A stretch of 64,000 bases of DNA from Camelus dromedarius (taxonomy: Eukaryota). Positions 60,681 through 64,000 of the stretch are shown piece by piece. The notes beneath the pieces were generated by a model. It had not been told where the DNA came from. It did no database searches and saw only the letters and a list, made by a program, of their open reading frames with translations. A program made the position numbers and the translations under genes. The stretch spans positions 20,710,001 through 20,774,000 of the forward strand of contig NC_087437.1 in NCBI RefSeq assembly GCF_036321535.1. The letters are read 5' to 3'. Numbering within the stretch: the first letter of the stretch is position 1; each line of letters begins with the position of its first letter.

Positions 60681-61819
60681 TAAAGAAAATGAATCAGAGA
60701 TGACTTCTGGCAGGGTGATAGGGGAGGGTCAAGGACAAGAAAAGCTAAGCCAGCCTGGGATGTCAGGAAAGACTCCCAGAGTGAGTGACACCCACGCTTC
60801 AGCCCCAAAGGGTGAGTTGGAGTTGTTCAAAGAGGAAGCTGGGAAGGGCATTCCTGGAAGATGGAAGTGGGTGTGCAAAGATGGAGCGAGAGGGAGCAGG
60901 GCCAGGTTAGTCACCTGTGTGTAGCTGTGCAGGTGGATGAAGGCCTGGGCCACCTCTGTCACCGTGTGATATCCTGAGGGTACAGGGAGCCACTGGAGCA
61001 AGAAAGGCAACACATGATTGGATTTGTATCTGGGAAAGACCACAGTATGGTGCAGTGTTTGCCAGTCTGGGCAGATGAAGTGTGGTCTCCTGAGCATCTG
61101 GGTCAGAGTAGCCCTGGGAATTTGTTAAGATGCATGTTCCAGAAACAAAAAAAAAGCACATTTTGTGCCCCTCCCCACAGAATCAGGGGCTCCCTGGGGG
61201 ATTCAGATATACACAGAATTTGGGTGCTGTCTGTTCAGAGGCTGGTGGAAGGGTGATGCTAGGAGGGCCATTCTCCTCCTTCAGTTCAAGGCCGAGGGAG
61301 GCTTCGATGCCAGTGTTGGTCCTGAAGGGAAGAAGCAAAGCTGAGAGCGTCAGGTGGTGCTGCGGTGGGACCAGGATGAAGTTGGGGAGCTCCACCATGA
61401 CATGGAGGGTCTGGGTAGTTCTGTAGGTGCTGTCTTCATTCATCCGTTCGTGCATTCACTCACACAGACGTCTCCTGTCGTCTGGGGTAAGTATGCCAAA
61501 GGTGGAAGGAAATGCCCAGAACATAGACTGGGAGGGGCTGATGGCTCCCTGCGCCTGGACAAGGAGGCCCAGGGAAAGTGCTGTGAGCAAGAGGAGGGGC
61601 AGGACAAGCCTGGAGCTGGATGAGCTGGGGGCAGAGAAGGGGGAGGGGATCTAGGGGAGTCAGCGAGGTGCACAGGGGACACTGGAGGTACCCAAGAGCA
61701 CAGTGGGTGCAGTGTCCTGCTGGAGGGTGGATTTCAGGGGCTGAGCCTAAGAGAGACCCATCAGACCCCCTGTTCAGGGACTTTGTTCAGCGTCCCCTGG
61801 TCTCCCAGGAGCATGCAGA

Positions 61820-62100
61820 GGCCTCTCCAGACCCGCAGCCTGTGGGCTTGTTTTGTTTGGCCAACCAGTGTTTTCACATTTTAAAATTTATTTACAAGTG
61901 TTTTCAAACTTGGCAATTTCACATAAACTTCCAGCCCCTCTTTTAATAACCAGACTGTCCACAAGCCGAGGCCCAGAGTCCCTCACAGGGACACTTGGCT
62001 GGAGCTGACAGCTGGGGGGTCTGCCCCCTTTAGGGGCAGCGCGAGTCCCTCTTTATCCACGGCCCACTTGCCAAGCCCTATCAGCTGTGGAGTCTGTGCC
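61820..62100. mobile_element. MER102-like hAT DNA transposon
   Basis: TTTTGTTTGGCC...ATTTCACATAAA...GGCTGGAGCTGA...CTGCCCCCTTTAG resembles MER102. Confidence 0.5.
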
Positions 62101-62273
62101 CTGTGTGCAGGTGGAGGGATAAGAGGGCAGGGAAAGGTGAAGTCTGGGCAGATGAAGGAGGAGAGGCCATGAAGGAAACAAAGCCAAGGCAGAGATGGGC
62201 CCCAGAGCAGAGGGAGGCAGGTGATCCCTTCAGGTTCTCAGGTGGGCAGCTGAGGAGCCCAGCCTAGCCAACT

Positions 62274-62390
62274 ATGTGTGTGCATGTATGTGGTGTGTGT
62301 GAGAATGTAGTGTGCATGTGTGTGTAGCATGTGTATATATGTGGTCTATGTGGTGTGTGTGAATGTAGTGTGTGTGGTGTGTGTGTGTGG
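62274..62390. repeat. Degenerate (TG)n repeat
   Basis: TG-rich low-complexity run directly visible. Confidence 0.85.
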
Positions 62391-62716
62391 GGGGACATGC
62401 ATCTAGTAGTTTCCTTGGCACCTTTCTTCCCTGCAGAGCCATCATTTTCCTGTATCCTCCAGCCCCCATGCCCTGTCCCTCACACTGCTTTGTTTGGGTC
62501 TGTTGTCTGCTAGGAAAGAGAATAACCAGGCTTGGTGTTACCAAACTCAGGTTCTGCTACTCAGGTTTGGCTGCTCACTGCTCAAAAGCCAATAATTGAG
62601 AGACAATTTTCGTAGACAGGAAAGGTGCTTTAATCAAACAGAAAAGCCAGCAATCTGGGGAGAAGGTGGACTCACGTCCTGAGACCAGTTCTGAAGATTC
62701 TGCTCAGCCATGACAG

Positions 62717-63130
62717 TTTTTTTTCTTTTTTAAAAAAAAACTATGTATTTTTATAGTGCAAACAGAAAATCAGTTTTTAAAAATTTACATATATGTGCTG
62801 TTCATTGTTTCTAAGAACAGTTTAGAGCATTAGCTTTTTTAACTTACGTAATTATCAAAGGAATAAAGCCAACTACAAAATAAGAATCAACAGAATGTAG
62901 TAATCCAATCATAAAGGACAATCAGATGTGCTTACACATACTCAAGAAATCAGTCATCTAAGTTATAAATAATAAGTAGTTTGTGTCTTTTTTTTTTTTT
63001 AGATTCCACATATAAGTGATATCATATGGCATCTTTCCTTCTCATTCACTTAGAATGACAATCTCGCAGGTCCATCCATGTTGTTGCAGATGGCTTTATT
63101 TTATTCTTTTTTATGGCTGATCAGTATTCC

Positions 63131-63174
<44 letters not shown>

Positions 63175-63205
63175 TGTGACATCTTCTTTATCTAGTCATC
63201 TGTTA
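62717..63205 (-). mobile_element. Composite retro-insertion: L1 3'UTR piece with (TG)n, an unrecognised AT-rich segment, and poly(A)
   Basis: TSD AGCCATGACAG at 62706-62716 and 63206-63216, T-tract at the left end, L1 sequence at about 62966-63205. Confidence 0.7.
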
Positions 63206-63389
63206 AGCCATGACAGCTTTTAAAGGGAAAAAATGTGGAAGATTCTGAGTGAATCATCAAGGCGAGAGGTTGGGTCGGCATCGTTCTCCATCGCATGCAG
63301 GCTGGCTCTCTTCAGATGTTACCTTTCCTGCGTGACCTGCCCGCAGGATTGCTAAGGGGTTGCTGGGGATAGAGAGCTAGTCATTCTTT

Positions 63390-63846
63390 TTTTTTTTTTT
63401 TAACATTTTTTTATTGATTTATAATCATTTTACAATGTTGTGTCAAATTCCAGTGTACAGCACAATTCCTCAGCCATACATGAACATGTGTATATTCATT
63501 GTCACATCCTTTTCTCTGTGAGCTACCATAAGATCCTGCACATATCTCCCTGTGCCATACAGTATAATCTTGTCTATCCATTCTACAATTTTGAAATCCC
63601 AGTCTGTCTCTTCCCACCCCCCGCCCCTTTGGCAACCACAAGTTTATATTCTATGTCTGTGAGTCTATTTCTGTTTTGTATTTATGCTTCGTTTGTGTGT
63701 GTGGTTTTTTTTTTAGATTCCACATATGAGCGATCTCATATGGTATTTTTCTTTCTCTTTCTGGCTTACTTCACTTAGAATGACATTCTCCAGGAGCATC
63801 CATGTTGCTGCAGATGGCGTTATGTTGTCAGTTTTTATGGCTGAGT
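63390..63846 (-). mobile_element. Young 5'-truncated L1 3' end
   Basis: Poly-T followed by antisense L1 3'UTR. Perfect 17-bp TSD AGAGCTAGTCATTCTTT at 63373-63389 and 63847-63863. Confidence 0.9.
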
Positions 63847-64000
63847 AGAGCTAGTCATTCTTTAACACTTAATTCTTCATTCTTCTCTTAATCTAGGAAA
63901 AGAATCAACATAGTGTGCATTCAGGAGAGCATAAGTCAGGAGTCAGGTTAAATTGCCTAAAGATCTCATTCCTGTTATTTAGATGTTTTTAAGGTTAGAG

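Larger units (their letters stand above)
62536..64000 (-). mobile_element. ERV1-class LTR interrupted by two retro-insertions; may extend beyond the window
   Basis: TGTTACC...GGCTGCTCACTGCTCAAAAGCCAATA...GGAAAGGTGCTTTAAT is an LTR terminus. The sequence becomes continuous again when the two TSD-flanked inserts are removed. Confidence 0.6.

Noticed and set aside
622..63778. The ORFs of the six-frame track as protein-coding genes
   Set aside because: They are short, low-complexity or repeat-derived, with no recognisable domains except L1 ORF2 remnants. The real coding exon is not in the track.
56505..64000. PXYLP1 next coding exon
   Set aside because: I found no acceptor followed by the expected continuation of the protein. 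It presumably lies beyond the window.

Overview
Mammalian, repeat-rich genomic DNA, very probably camelid (two tRNA-Ala-derived vic-1-type SINEs). It holds the 5' end of PXYLP1 (ACPL2, 2-phosphoxylose phosphatase 1) on the + strand. The parts seen are a CpG-island promoter and first exon near 24.6-24.8 kb, an intron 1 of about 31.6 kb, and the first main-coding exon at 56373-56504, which encodes the signal anchor MLFRNRFLLLLALAALLAFVSLSLQF. Later exons lie beyond the window. Bases 1-24 kb look intergenic. Almost every ORF in the supplied track is spurious or repeat-derived. The most interesting observations are: (1) a spliced, strong-Kozak uORF that is in frame with PXYLP1 and separated from it by a single UGA, plus a second short uORF and candidate alternative 5' exons that would remove or reframe the first; (2) an 87-nt pre-miRNA-shaped hairpin in intron 1; (3) a TSD-flanked chimeric retro-insertion carrying about 225 nt that I do not recognise as L1; (4) a tandem CTCF cluster upstream; (5) a micro-inversion inside an L1. 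Repeat family names and most repeat boundaries come from visual recognition and are approximate. No database search was run, and I see no evidence of a novel protein-coding system.
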